From NCBI RefSeq assembly GCF_016432865.1, contig NC_067400.1:613552001-613616000 (forward strand): a DNA stretch of 64,000 bases. The letters run 5' to 3'. Positions 1-10,955 of the stretch are shown here, one piece after another. Source of the DNA: Antechinus flavipes (Eukaryota). Made by a program: the position numbers and the translations under genes. The notes under the pieces were generated by a model, which ran no database searches, had not been told where the DNA came from, and was given only the letters and a program-made list of their open reading frames with translations. Numbering within the stretch: the first letter of the stretch is position 1; every line of letters begins with the position of its first letter.

Positions 1-215
1 CTTCCCTACACTGCCTCAGGTTCTCCCACTAGGGGGGCTCCAGCACACGAGTCTAATCTGCCTCCTTGCTTGCAGGTCACTTCCCTCATTTGGAAATTAA
101 ATTTCTGTTGGATTCTTGTCTCTCCCATCTCTAGCCTTTTCTGTAAGACTCCAGTCATCCGCAGGTTAGAGGCTGCTTTGATCTAGGTGATGTTAATTGG
201 TGTCAGAAGTGGGAC
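1..215 (+). mobile_element. 3' end of a 5' LTR followed by a tRNA-Leu primer-binding site
   Basis: TGGTGTCAGAAGTGGGA at 198-214 is 17/18 of the complement of the tRNA-Leu(CAA) 3' end; ATTAAA at 97-102 could be the LTR poly(A) signal. Confidence 0.65.
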
Positions 216-449
216 TAAACGTGGAACTAGGTCTTTGGACTCTCTGGTATCTGTGGAAATGGTTTTGGTGCCACAAGAGATTTATTTCTCCAGAGTCCGA
301 CCCACTTCATCTGTTGATTCTACCACCCTTCTTCTTGCTCTAATGCCCAAGCTCCACTTTTGTCAAACTTGATGTGCTTTGTGAAGGAAATTCCAGGGCA
401 TTTGGTGACCTTGTTCATTTCAAATCACTCTATAAGAAAATCCTTTCTG

Positions 450-1710
450 AAAATGTATGCCTTTGGAGAGAAAGGGACCCATGTGTGCAAAAATATTTGT
501 GGCAGGTCTCTTTGTAGTGGCAAGAGACTGGAAACTGAGTGGATGCCCATCAATTGGAGGATGGCTGAATAAATTGTGGTATATGAATGTTTGTTTTTTT
601 GGGGGGGAGGTTAAGGTTTTTTTTATTATAATAACTTTTTATTGATAGAACCCATGCCAGGGTAATTTTTTACATTATCCCTTGCACTCACTTCTGTTTC
701 CATTTTTCCCCTCCCTCCCTCTACCCCCTCCCCCAGATGGCAAGCCGTCATATATATGTTAAATATGTCTCAGTATATCCCAGATACAATATATGTGTGC
801 AGAACCGAACAGTTTTCTTGTTGCACAGGGAGAATTGGATTCAGAAGGTAAAGATAACCCAGGAAGAAAAACAAAAATGCAAACAGTTTACATTCATTTC
901 CCAGTGTTCTTTCTTTGGGCATAGCTGCTTCTGTCCATCATTGATCGATTGAAACTGAGTTGGATCTTCTCTTTGTCAAAGAAATCCATTTCCATCAGAA
1001 TACATCCTCATACAGTATCATTGTTAAGGTATATAATGATCTCCTGGTCCTGCTCCCTTCACTCAGCATCAGTTCATGTAAGTCTCGCCAAGCCTCTCTG
1101 TATTCATCCTGCTGGTCATTTCTTAAAGAATAATCATATTCTATAACATTATGGAATATTATTGTTCTGTAAGAAACGATCAGCAGGATGATTTCAGAAA
1201 GGCCTGGAATGACTTAAAGGAACTGATGCTGAGTGAAATGAGCAGAACTAGGAGATCATCATACACAGCAACAAGAAGACTATGCAATGATCAATTCTGA
1301 TGGACATGGCTCTCTTCAACAATGAGATGATTCAAACCAGTTCCACTTGTGTAGTGATGAAGAGAGTCGGCTACACCCAAAGAGAGAACCATGGCAACAG
1401 AGCATTCTCACTCTCTCTGTTATTTGCTTGCGTTTTATTTTCTTTCTCAGTTTTTCTTTTTCTTCCTTCTTGATCTTTCTTGTGCAGAAAGATAACTGTA
1501 TAAATATGCATACATATATTGGATTTAACATGTATTTTATCATATTTAACATGTATTGGACTAGTGCCAGCTAGGGGAGGGCATGGGGAGGAAGGAGGGG
1601 AAAAGTTGGAACAAAAGGTTTTGCAAGGATCAATGTTGAAAAATTTACCCATGTATGTTTTGTAAATAAAAGGCTTTAATAAAAAAAAATTAATAAAAAA
1701 GAGAAAAAAT
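450..1710 (+). mobile_element. L1 3' end (ORF2 C-terminus plus 3' UTR and A-tail), interrupted by an antisense L1
   Basis: 450-592 encodes KGPMCAKIFVAGLFVVARDWKLSGCPSIG.WLNKLWYMNV and resumes at 1151 with MEYYCSVRN; A-rich tail at 1665-1710. Confidence 0.85.
593..1150 (-). mobile_element. Antisense L1 3' fragment (different subfamily 3' UTR)
   Basis: T-rich tail at 593-645, then reverse-complement L1 3' UTR and ORF2 end; same 3' UTR type recurs near 53510-53760. Confidence 0.85.
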
Positions 1711-1774
1711 GTATGCTTTTGCTAATTGACTTCTTTGTGTGCTTCTGCTGGGTTTTTAATTAATTTATATATTT

Positions 1775-1925
1775 AATTTTGGTGAGGCAGTTGGGGTTAA
1801 GTGAAAACCCCAGGGTCACACAGTTAGTAGGAAGTAAATACTGTCCCCATTAGAGCTCAGATTTGAACTCAGATATTCCTGATTTCAGGACGTGTTCTAC
1901 CCATTGTACTATCTAGCTACTCTTC
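1775..1925 (-). mobile_element. MAR1/WSINE-type CORE-SINE
   Basis: ggggttaagtga..cccagggtcacacag..agatttgaactcag..tcctga..ccattgtac.atctagct, the reverse of the tRNA-derived head plus CORE. Confidence 0.7.
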
Positions 1926-2914
1926 TTCTGTTTTTAAATTCTATGCTGAGTATTTGTACACCTCTGTAAAATTAGAATTGTACAGCACCTTTTGTTAGAA
2001 TTGTCCCTGTCTGTATCTGTCTTGTCATTCTGTCTGTGTTTTTGTAAAATGTCAAATGTCTGTGTCATGTTTGTGTTGTGAGCTGGATTCTATTACCTTG
2101 CAGCTAGAGAGAAAAACTTCTCAAGGCTATAGTGAGAAAGTTTAGAACACTGGGGAAGATTAATGCACTTTCTTAGTTGGAAGCTACCGTTCCAATAAGT
2201 AGATCTAACTCCCACTTTTGGCTTTCCAAGGGAGACTGGGTTAAAAAAAAAAAAAAAAGAGAGAAAAAATACGGCAAGACCTCCTATCATTTTAGCTTTG
2301 GCTATGTTAGAGTTATAGAAATAAAGCCAGATAATCAAAGTTTGTGGAAATACTAAAGCATCTTAATATATTTTGGAAGTTTGAAGATTTTTCATTTTTA
2401 AGAGTACAGGGGAAACTTCCTGGGACCTCGGGAGTAATTCCAAGAACTCAATCCCTTCTGAAATATCTTAATAAGTTTTGATATATCACTCTATATCATT
2501 CTTGAAGGAAAAATAAGGATTCGATTTGATAAAGAAAATGGCAATATTAATAGCTTCATTGTTCTAGGTCAATGAAGGAAGGCAGCTAATTTGGAAGTAA
2601 TTTAGATAGAAAAAAGGAAAAAATAGGTAAATGATTTCTACCTTATAACAACCTTTTTTAACCTTTTATTAACCTTTCCTTGACATTTCTCTTCATGAGA
2701 AATTTTTGATCCTGACACTAGCCCTGGGAGATGGGTACCATTGTTATTTTTCTCTTCGCAGATCAGGAAATTGAGGCAAACAGAGATGTGATAATTTGCC
2801 TAAAAGGACACAGCTAATAAATTAAAAAAATAGAATGTAAATCAAGTTTCCCTGCATTTTTTCCAGCATCTTTTTCAATACCTGTATTAGGGAACGTGAT
2901 CTGGAATGAGAAGG

Positions 2915-3340
2915 GAATCAGAATACATCCTCATACAGTATCGTTGTTGAAGTGTATAATGATCTCCTGGTTCTGCTCATTTCACTTAGTATCAGTTCCT
3001 ATAAGTCTCTCCAAGCCTCTCTGTATTCATCCTGCTGGTCATTTCTTACAGAACAATAATATTCCATCACATTCATATACCGCAATTTACCCAGCCATTC
3101 TCCAATTGATGGGCATCCATTCAATTTCCAGTTTCTAGCCACTACAAACAGGGCTGCCACAAACATTTTGGCACATACAGGTCCCTTTCCCTTCTTTAGT
3201 ATCTCTTTGGGATATAAGCCCAGAAGTAACACTGCTGGATCAAAGGGTATGCACAGTTTGATAACTTTTGGGGCATAATTCCAGATTGCTCTCCAGAATG
3301 GTTGGATTCGTTCACAACTCCACCAACAATGCATCAGCTT
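2915..3340 (-). mobile_element. L1 ORF2 C-terminal fragment
   Basis: ORF 2999-3466 contains WWSCERIQPFWRAIWNYA..FDPAVLLLGLYPKEI..MFVAALFVVARNWKLNGCPSIGEWL, typical L1 ORF2 C-terminus. Confidence 0.9.
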
Positions 3341-3843
3341 GGGACACCATTTCAATAGAAATGCTATCAGACAAAACAACTGTTTAGTGTGGACACTGTT
3401 ACACAGGAACTGGGCTTTTAGAAATATGTAATAAAATAGATATTTGAAAATTGCTAAATATTTCATGAAGCATATGTTGTTATAAAGCAGATAATAATAC
3501 TATATAGTAGAAAATTCCACTTGAATTTCCTGGCTATTATGAAAGTGTACAGGAAGATTTAAAGGTGTTGCTTCAACATATTAATTTTGAGTCGACTATC
3601 AGACATTTGTTGTATGTCTAAAGCCCCAGAAAACAAGTAGTTTTAATGTATAGGTAAAGGATAAATGAAATATCAACTGTCAAGGAAATATCAGTAAGAT
3701 ATACAAGTCTTAAGTTATGGATAGTGAAATTTTGCTATTTAAAAATCCCCGAGTAATTTACTATTGCTTTGAGTTTTTAGGGGATAGTTGTCTGATTGTC
3801 AAGAAGTCAATAGCAGAAAATGGCATTGCTGCAGTCTGGGAAC

Positions 3844-4453
3844 TGTAACGAGGGGAAAGTTTTGGGGATGACCATGGCATGGCCTAGATAGGATTTTCCT
3901 GACTCAATTTCCCCATTGTGCTAGTTCTTTTCCAAAATAGAAAACTCCCCAGCTGATTAATTGTTGGAATCCTTACAAACTGCTAACTAATTAGAGTTGA
4001 TCTAATCTTACAAGATGTTTTGGGCAGAACCTGAAACAAGGTACTAAGTAGAATTTAGCACCACTCTTCATGTCATTCCGGTGAAATCTGATCGAGAGCC
4101 TCTGTCTGTTTCTTTTATACAAGAGGGAGGAATTGTGAGTTTTCTCTCATAGTGCTCTCTGGCCCTAAGAGCTTTAAGGGAGGTATGAATTCACCAAGTT
4201 ACAAAGTTTACTTTGTGAAGCTGGCATACTTGTGAACTCCAATGAGTAAAGGTGCAAACACAAGCATTGTACTAATTAGTTCTACTTAGTACCTTGTTTC
4301 AGGTTCTGCCCAGAACATCTTCTTGTAAGATTAGATCAACTCTAATTAGTTAGCAGTTTGTAAGGATTCCAACAATTAATCAAACATGATTGGCTGTCAG
4401 AGACGGCTCTTGCCCAGAATCACAGAATTAAACAAGTTTTCCCCCTTGTTACA
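3844..4453. mobile_element. Short TGTAAC...GTTACA element with ~17-bp terminal inverted repeats (host of the nested element)
   Basis: Starts tgtaacgaggggaaag, ends ttttcccccttgttaca; ~190 bp once the nested insert is removed; no TSD seen. Confidence 0.45.
3962..4374 (-). mobile_element. LTR-like element, TG..CA termini, 6-bp TSD, ~92-95 bp inverted terminal arms
   Basis: TSD ATTAAT at 3956-3961 and 4375-4380; arms 3962-4053 and 4280-4374; minus-strand TATAAAA near 4113-4119. Confidence 0.75.
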
Positions 4454-5734
4454 TTATTTTAACTGTTCCTTCTTTTCCTTTTGTAGCAAATTTTTATGTT
4501 TTATAATACTAAATCTAGTAAATAAGAGATGGGAATTGGAACACTTCTGAATTACAACAGGATGCAAGTATGAACCTTTTACAAATTTAACCTACATTTG
4601 CGTTCTACTTGTGTTCTAATTATAATACAGGGATGATATCCTTCTAAAGGGAAATGATTAGACCATGTAATTAGACAAAGATGTAATGTAAAAAGTTTTC
4701 TAAATAGTAAATTTTGAGAAAGCCACAGGATTAGACTGTTTTCTCTAAAAAAAAAAAATTACATGCAAATATATATGAGAGGTTTCCAAAATTTACCTAT
4801 CATGGAAATTCAGGCTTTGAGTATTTTAGTAATAAGTTCTCAAAATTGGATTAAGGATTTTACACACAAATTGAATGGATAATGATAAAGAAAATGAAAT
4901 TATTTTCCCATTATTAAAGATAATTTTAAAAGGCAGATTTCATTTTGCACTTGGATCTTCGTAAATTTTTAAAAGATTCTTATATTAGGTATATAGAAAC
5001 AACAAATGGTACCTAAACTGAAATTCTCCAAAGGAAGAACCAAATTTAAATGATATTACCAGCAGAATTATCTGGGAACCTCTAGATTTGGAACCAGAGA
5101 AGCTCTTTTAGAGCCGTCCTAAGAATAAACATACTGTCCATGAAAAGATATCGACATGACCATGTGAGACATCTGGAATCAAAATAAGCTGGGGAAATGG
5201 ATATTGAGAATGGGTTACTGGAGAGTAAGGAGACTCGATTTTAGTTATGTTTGAAGTTTTCTGCGGTGATCTTGGTGACATGTAAAGCTCCCTTCTCAAA
5301 ACTAGTCTATTATGAGCCCTCTAACTAATCTGATCTACATTTGATTAATATGTTTATATAGTTATAAGAATTGCGAGAAAAACTTGATCGCATTGTTTGA
5401 ACCTAGCCCCATGTAGCTGAGAAACTGGATTATTTCTACGTGTTAATTAGCGACTCTTAACTAAGCACCTATATTACGCCGACCAGAAATTCTGATTCAA
5501 AGATTGAAGCAAGTAGTTTTCACAAGGGCCCTGACCAGGTCCTTCTGATTACTCCCACAACTACCAAACTTGTGGGAGGATATTTCTGGATCATCTGAAG
5601 AAAGCCTTGTCTCATTAGTGCCGTAACCCCTCATTATCAAGGCTACAGCTCACTGCAAAGTCATTGAGATGAGCCTGAGAGCTCCCTTCTAGAGGCAGGT
5701 TGGAGGCTTGTTCCGTCCTGTGGACGTAGATTCA

Positions 5735-5990
5735 CCAGGATCGGTGCCGTTTAGTCATTCATTCACAGCTGACGTTTTGCGAATCTTTGCTCGTGGGTTT
5801 TTCTTGACAAAGATATTAGAATGGTTCGTCATTTCTTCTTCAATGTGTTCCCATTTTACAGATGAGGAAATGAGGCAAATAGGGCTTGTGACTTGCCCAA
5901 TCACTGCCTTAGCGTCTGAGACCAGATTTGAACTCATACCTTCCTGACTCCAGACCTGAGGGCTTTATTCACTGCATCACCAGCTGCCCC
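5735..5990 (-). mobile_element. MAR1 CORE-SINE
   Basis: gggtttttcttgacaaagatattagaatggtt.gtcatttc..ttttacagatgaggaaa..tgacttgccca..agatttgaactca..cagctgccc. Confidence 0.75.
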
Positions 5991-6329
5991 AGGTGGAGCC
6001 ATCGGGATAGGTCAGTTAATATGCAGGGACTGCAAAAGTTTTGACCGAGAGGAGGGAGTAAACAGAAACATTTCAATCCATCCCCAGTACAAAGATGCGT
6101 TTGTCCGGTTTCACTTGCCCTTTCTTCCTCAGACGCCATCTCTGGGCTAACACGGCTCTCTACAAGATTAATGATTCCTTCATTTCTAGATCCATTGGCC
6201 CAGATAGAGCAGGAGGACTTGAATTCAGACCTGGCTTTAGATATATTTACGGTGTGACACTGAGTCACTTACTACCTCCCTTCCCCTCTTCCCCACTCCA
6301 AAATCCAATGTCCTTTTCTTAGTCCACGG

Positions 6330-7300
6330 TCACCGTGAACCACCCTTTCCTCCAAGAGGTTCTCTTCTCCCTTTCTAACTCTTTCTATCTGAGTTGCCCT
6401 CCCCCAGTCGGACTCTGCCCACCCGAGTCCGTGGGTGTAACAGGAGAGCTCTTGCCTAGCTTTTCTTCTCTCCTCCCTCTGACCTTATCGGCTCTGATGG
6501 ATTTGTCATCATCCCTGTGCAGATGATTTCCACGTCACACACCCGGCTCTCATTTCTTTCCCGAGCTAAGAGTCCCACGCTGACAACCATATAATCTTCT
6601 CCCTCCTCCCTTAATTTCTCTGTTCCGACACTGTCCCGGTGGTTAGCCAGTTTGACGAGGTCAGAGTCACCATCTGCTGCTCACTTCCCTCCATCCCTAC
6701 AGAGCAAATAAAGTGACCGAGACCCGTTAATTCTATTTCCACAGTTTATCCCACCTGTCTCTTCTCCATTCACAGAGGTATCCCTCTAATTAAGGTCCTC
6801 AGCCCTCTCACCTCAATCTCTAACTGGTCTCCTTGAATTCACCACGACATGGGAATTCTATTATTCCTCCCAATTCTCAGTCTCACTTCTCAAAGAAACC
6901 TTCCCAAACCTTCTCTTTTCCCAAGCCTCTGTAGCTCCTTCATCCCTCTCATCCGGATGAGGGGAAACTGAGGCCAGTTGAGGCCACTCTTTTCTTTCAT
7001 TCCCTTCATCTCAACATTCCTTGACACAACTTTTGTCTTCTTTCCCCCCATTCTCTGATGAGGAGGTGCCCTTCTTGGCAAGACCATTGAGCCCTTCCGG
7101 TCTTCTCCAGGAAATTGCATCCCCATCTCTCTAATCTCTCCCCAGCAACAGGCTCCTTCAACTTTCCCAAGTCTCTCTAATCCTAAAAAACAAAACGCTT
7201 TCACAAGCTCCCCTTCCCTTCGTTTTTCTGTCTCCCTTCTCTTTCTCAGCCCAGTTCCTTGAAAGGGGCATCCATCCTCCCTGCCTCCCTCTTGACGTCT
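6330..7300 (+). mobile_element. Degraded L2 fragments
   Basis: CT-rich sequence with L2-like motifs (gcagatgatttcca, tctctcctccctct); family assignment from memory. Confidence 0.4.
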
Positions 7301-8049
7301 CTGGCCAGTCTTTTGCAAGGCGGCTTTCTGGTTTCTTACCTTCTCACGCGGCCGAAACTCCTCCCTGCCAGTCCCCGGGATCTGTAAATCTGGGGCTTGT
7401 CTCGGTCCTCAACTTACCCTCCTCATTTTAAGCTGTCGATCATTTCCTCCCAGTAAATTTCTCCAGCCAAAAGGTTTAATTACATTTACTCTCTTCCCGC
7501 CTGTGGGAACGGAAGTTTCTCCCCCGGTTTGTTTGTCTCATTAGTCACACCTCACCCTCAATCGATCATTTGCTAAGTGACTGGAATCGGGAAGATCTGA
7601 TCAGATTAGGTGAGTTTTGTAAAATTCTTTTCTACATGCTGGCTATTATGATGAACTTTTACTTATCGTTTTCCCTTGTATTTTATTAGTTGTATGTGTT
7701 TGTTCTGATGATTATCTTTTATTATTTCCCCCCAAAAACGTAAGCTCTCGGAGGGCAGGACGTGGAGCGCGCGGCATCTCCCAAATTTCCTGCCCTTTTT
7801 CCTGGCCCTCCCGTGTAGGACGAGTCTTCTGCCAGCGCAGGGGTTTTTTCGGTAATTCAGTTAAATGCTTTGTTTAGGGTCACTGACCCGGCTGGTTCAG
7901 AGACGGGGCTTAAATCCTACTCTTTTCCACTCCTACACAAACTCTTTCCTTCGGTTACGCTACCTCCGGCCTGCTCTGCGGACCTGAATGACTGAATGAA
8001 CGGAACAGAGGCTCGACAAAACTACAATTCCCAGCGCACTCCGCGCCCG

Positions 8050-8720
8050 ACATGGCCCAGAATCCCCCTCACCTATCTCAGAAGCCTCTTTCTCCTCCTC
8101 CGCAGTTTTTATCTGGTCCTTCCCCGGCCCACTCAGAGCCACGTCCCCCCCACCCCCGCCCGCCCCGGGGTCTCGGGGGAGGGCCCTCGGAGAAGAGCCT
8201 CAGCCTTCTATTGGTCACTGGCCGCCGGAGGGCCGGGCCGGGCCGGGGCGCCGGCCTCCCATTGGCCCGCGGCGCCGCAGACGGGCGCGGTACGGGGGCC
8301 GCGCGGTCCTTTTCGGCGTCCATCGGGGCCGGATCGGCTTCTCCTGTCCGGGATGCAGCCGGGGACCGGCGGCGGCGCGGCGGCGGGGAGCGCCCGGAAC
8401 CGTAAGTGGCGTACGTGGCCAGCCGGGCCGGGCCGGGGGAGGGCGGCGGGCCACCGGGGGCGGCCGCGGGCCGGGCCGGGCGACGGCCGTTGGGGTCGGG
8501 TGGGCGCGAGGGCGGGACTTGGAAGCTCGGGCGCCCAGACCCCGGAGCCCTTGGACCTCCCCCTCCGCGACCCGCTCAGCAAGGGACGGGGAACGGAGGC
8601 GGGGGCAGCCTGCGCGGGGGAGGCCCCCGCCCGGCCTCAGCTTGTCCACCCGGACAGTGGGGCTAGCCCTTCCAGGACCCTAGCTCCCCCCCAGCCAGCC
8701 TGCCTCAGTTTCCCCCAGCA
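8050..8720 (+). promoter_or_regulatory. YIF1B CpG-island promoter with two inverted CCAAT boxes
   Basis: Very GC/CpG-rich around exon 1; ATTGG at 8210-8214 and 8261-8265; no TATA seen. Confidence 0.75.
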
Positions 8721-10593
8721 GGGCGTGAAAAATGGGGAGGGGGAGCTGTTGTGAAAAGCAAAACAGTAATAGCCAGCATTTATGTAGCGCCTGCTGTGTG
8801 CCAGACACCGCTAAGACTTACTGTCATCTCACGATAATGGCTAACGCCGGAGCGCCCATTGTGTGCTTCGCAGCTTCATCCCAGTTGATGAAGAGTTGAT
8901 ATTTATGTAACACCGATGGTATATGCTCGGTGCTAAGGCCTATCGTCTCATCTGATGAGAATAGCTAGCACTTATGTAGCACCTACTGTGTGCTCTGGCT
9001 GCCCAAGTCCCTCTTTGATCCTCACAATGGCCTCCGAGGCCCCGTTTTGCAGATGAGGAAGCTGTGCCTTGTTCAGGGTCCCCCCATTCAGTGGGGAGCC
9101 TTGGGGGGGATGGGCCCACGGGCGGGGTGCTGGGGCCTCCTCCCCTAAGTCTGTGATGCTCTGATTTCCCCTTGGCAGCCATGAAGAGGAGGGTGCCCGT
9201 GGCAGAGCCCAGCTTGGCTGACCCCCACCAGCTCTTCCATGACACTAGCTCGGCCCAGGGCCCGGGAGCTACCCGGCCCATCGGCCCCCGGGGGGCCTGG
9301 GCTACGCTTCCCCCTCCCAGCCGGCCTTCCTCGCTGACCCCGTGTCCAATATGGCGGTGGCCTACGGAAGCAGCCTGGCTGCCCACGGCAAGGAGCTGGT
9401 GGACAAGAACGTGAGTGGGCCCGGGGATTGGGGGCGGGGGGGTCCCCGCCGCTGCCTGGGGCTCACCTTTCTCCCGTCCGGCCGTCCAGATTGACCGCTT
9501 CATCCCCGTCACCAAGCTGAAGTATTACTTTGCTGTGGACACCGTGTACGTGGGGAAGAAACTGGGGCTCCTGGTGTTTCCCTATCTGCACCAGGTGAGA
9601 CGTCCGGGGGGCGATGGGGGCGGGGGCGGCCTGCGGGCCCGGGCTGGGGAGTCACTTGGTGGTGTCCGCAGGACTGGGAGGTGCAGTACCAGCAGGACAT
9701 GCCGGTGGCCCCGAGGTTTGACATCAACGCCCCAGATCTCTACATTCCAGGTACCTCCCAGCTGCCCCCCCCCTCCCCGGAGGCCGAGGCCCGCCCCCTC
9801 CCCCGGGGAACCCCAGCCAGGTGGGGGGTTCCCGGGCCCTCGGTGGTCACTGTGGGACGGGCTTCTCTCTCTGCAGCCATGGCTTTCATCACCTACATCC
9901 TGGTCGCTGGCCTAGCACTGGGGACCCAGGACAGGTGAGGATGCTGGGGGTTGGGGGAGGGGAGGCGCCCTGAGCCGCCGCAAGCCCTGAGCCGCGCCCC
10001 CCCTCAGGTTCTCCCCGGACCTCCTGGGCCTGCAGGCCAGCTCGGCCCTGGCCTGGCTCACGGTGGAGGTGCTGGCCATCCTGCTGAGCCTCTACCTGGT
10101 CACCGTCAACACGGACCTCACCACCATCGACCTGCTGGCCTTCTCGGGGTACAAGTATGTCGGGTGAGTGGGGCCCCCGCTTCCTCGAGGGTCAGCGGGG
10201 TGGGGCTCGTGCCGCAGGGAGACCCTGAGCTCCGGCCCGGCTCTGCCCCCAGGATGATCGGTGGGGTCGTGACGGGCCTGCTCTTCGGGAGGACCGGCTA
10301 CTACTTGGTGCTCAGCTGGTGCTGTGTGGCCATCTTCGTCTTCATGGTGAGCGGGGGGCTTGGGGCGTCACGGGAGGGGGGGAGGGCCAGAGGGTCCCCC
10401 AGGAGGCCCGTGGGCTGCAGCCCCTTCCTCTCTCCAGATCCGGACCCTTCGACTGAAAATCCTCTCGGAAGTGGCGGCCGAAGGCGTGCTGGTGCGGGGC
10501 GCGAGGAACCAGCTGCGCATGTACCTGACCATGGCCATCGCGGCTGCCCAGCCCCTCTTCATGTACTGGCTCACCTTTCACCTGGTCAGGTGA
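8353..10593 (+). CDS. YIF1B: Protein YIF1B (Yip1-domain ER/Golgi trafficking membrane protein); 8 coding exons; apparent 1-nt deletion in exon 2
   Basis: Exons, all GT-AG: 8353-8401 (or -8410), 9179-9410, 9490-9594, 9672-9750, 9877-9934, 10008-10163, 10253-10346, 10438-10593 (TGA). Translation gives [16 protein letters not shown](RKW)[121 protein letters not shown], matching recalled YIF1B. Exon 2 is 232 nt where 233 is needed to keep frame. Repaired protein is 309/312 aa. Confidence 0.95.
8760..9070 (-). mobile_element. MIR fragments in YIF1B intron 1
   Basis: Two copies of atagc.agca.ttatgtagc.cct.ctgtgtg; ttgatcctcacaa..ttttgcagatgaggaa. Confidence 0.6.
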
Positions 10594-10897
10594 GGGGCCC
10601 TCGAGGCTCCCCGCTGCTCCAAGTGGGGATGGGGAGGGCCGGGCGGGAAGCGGAGCCACGAGGGGCCCGGCGCTGGACGGCGCTGCCCGGCCCGCTGGCC
10701 GCCTTGCCGCGTCCCCGGCCCTCTGACTGGAACCGGCCCCCACAGATTCATCTCCTTGCCTGTTGTGCTTGAGCCGAGTCCCTGCCCCCCCTTCCCCCTT
10801 TCCCCCCAATCTCCATCCTCTAAGGTGCTTAGAGATCTCTGACTGCACAGCAAGCTCCGAGCCGGGGCTGCCGCCGTGGGCGTCTGTTACTGGGAGA

Positions 10898-10903
10898 AAT
10901 AAA
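10898..10903 (+). terminator. YIF1B polyadenylation signal AATAAA
   Basis: First AATAAA seen after the YIF1B stop (305 nt downstream), followed by GT/T-rich sequence. Confidence 0.7.
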
Positions 10904-10935
10904 CCCCTTGGGGGTGCTGCTGACTGGTGCTGGCT

Positions 10936-10955
10936 TTTATTGGGGGGGATTTATT
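10936..10955 (-). terminator. C19orf33 polyadenylation signals (two AATAAA on minus strand)
   Basis: TTTATT on + at 10936-10941 and 10950-10955, 41-55 nt past the C19orf33 stop. Confidence 0.7.

Noticed and set aside
2999-3466. 155-aa ORF as a host gene
   Set aside because: It is an L1 ORF2 C-terminal fragment.
1-8000. Expected neighbour KCNK6 (from human synteny)
   Set aside because: No K2P channel-like sequence in any frame; presumably outside the window.
7996-8754. Long (100-270 aa) Pro/Gly/Arg-rich ORFs in all frames over CpG islands (also 35064-35790, 58861-60486, 62459-63115)
   Set aside because: Stop codons are scarce in GC-rich DNA; no recognisable domain except where they overlap the real exons.
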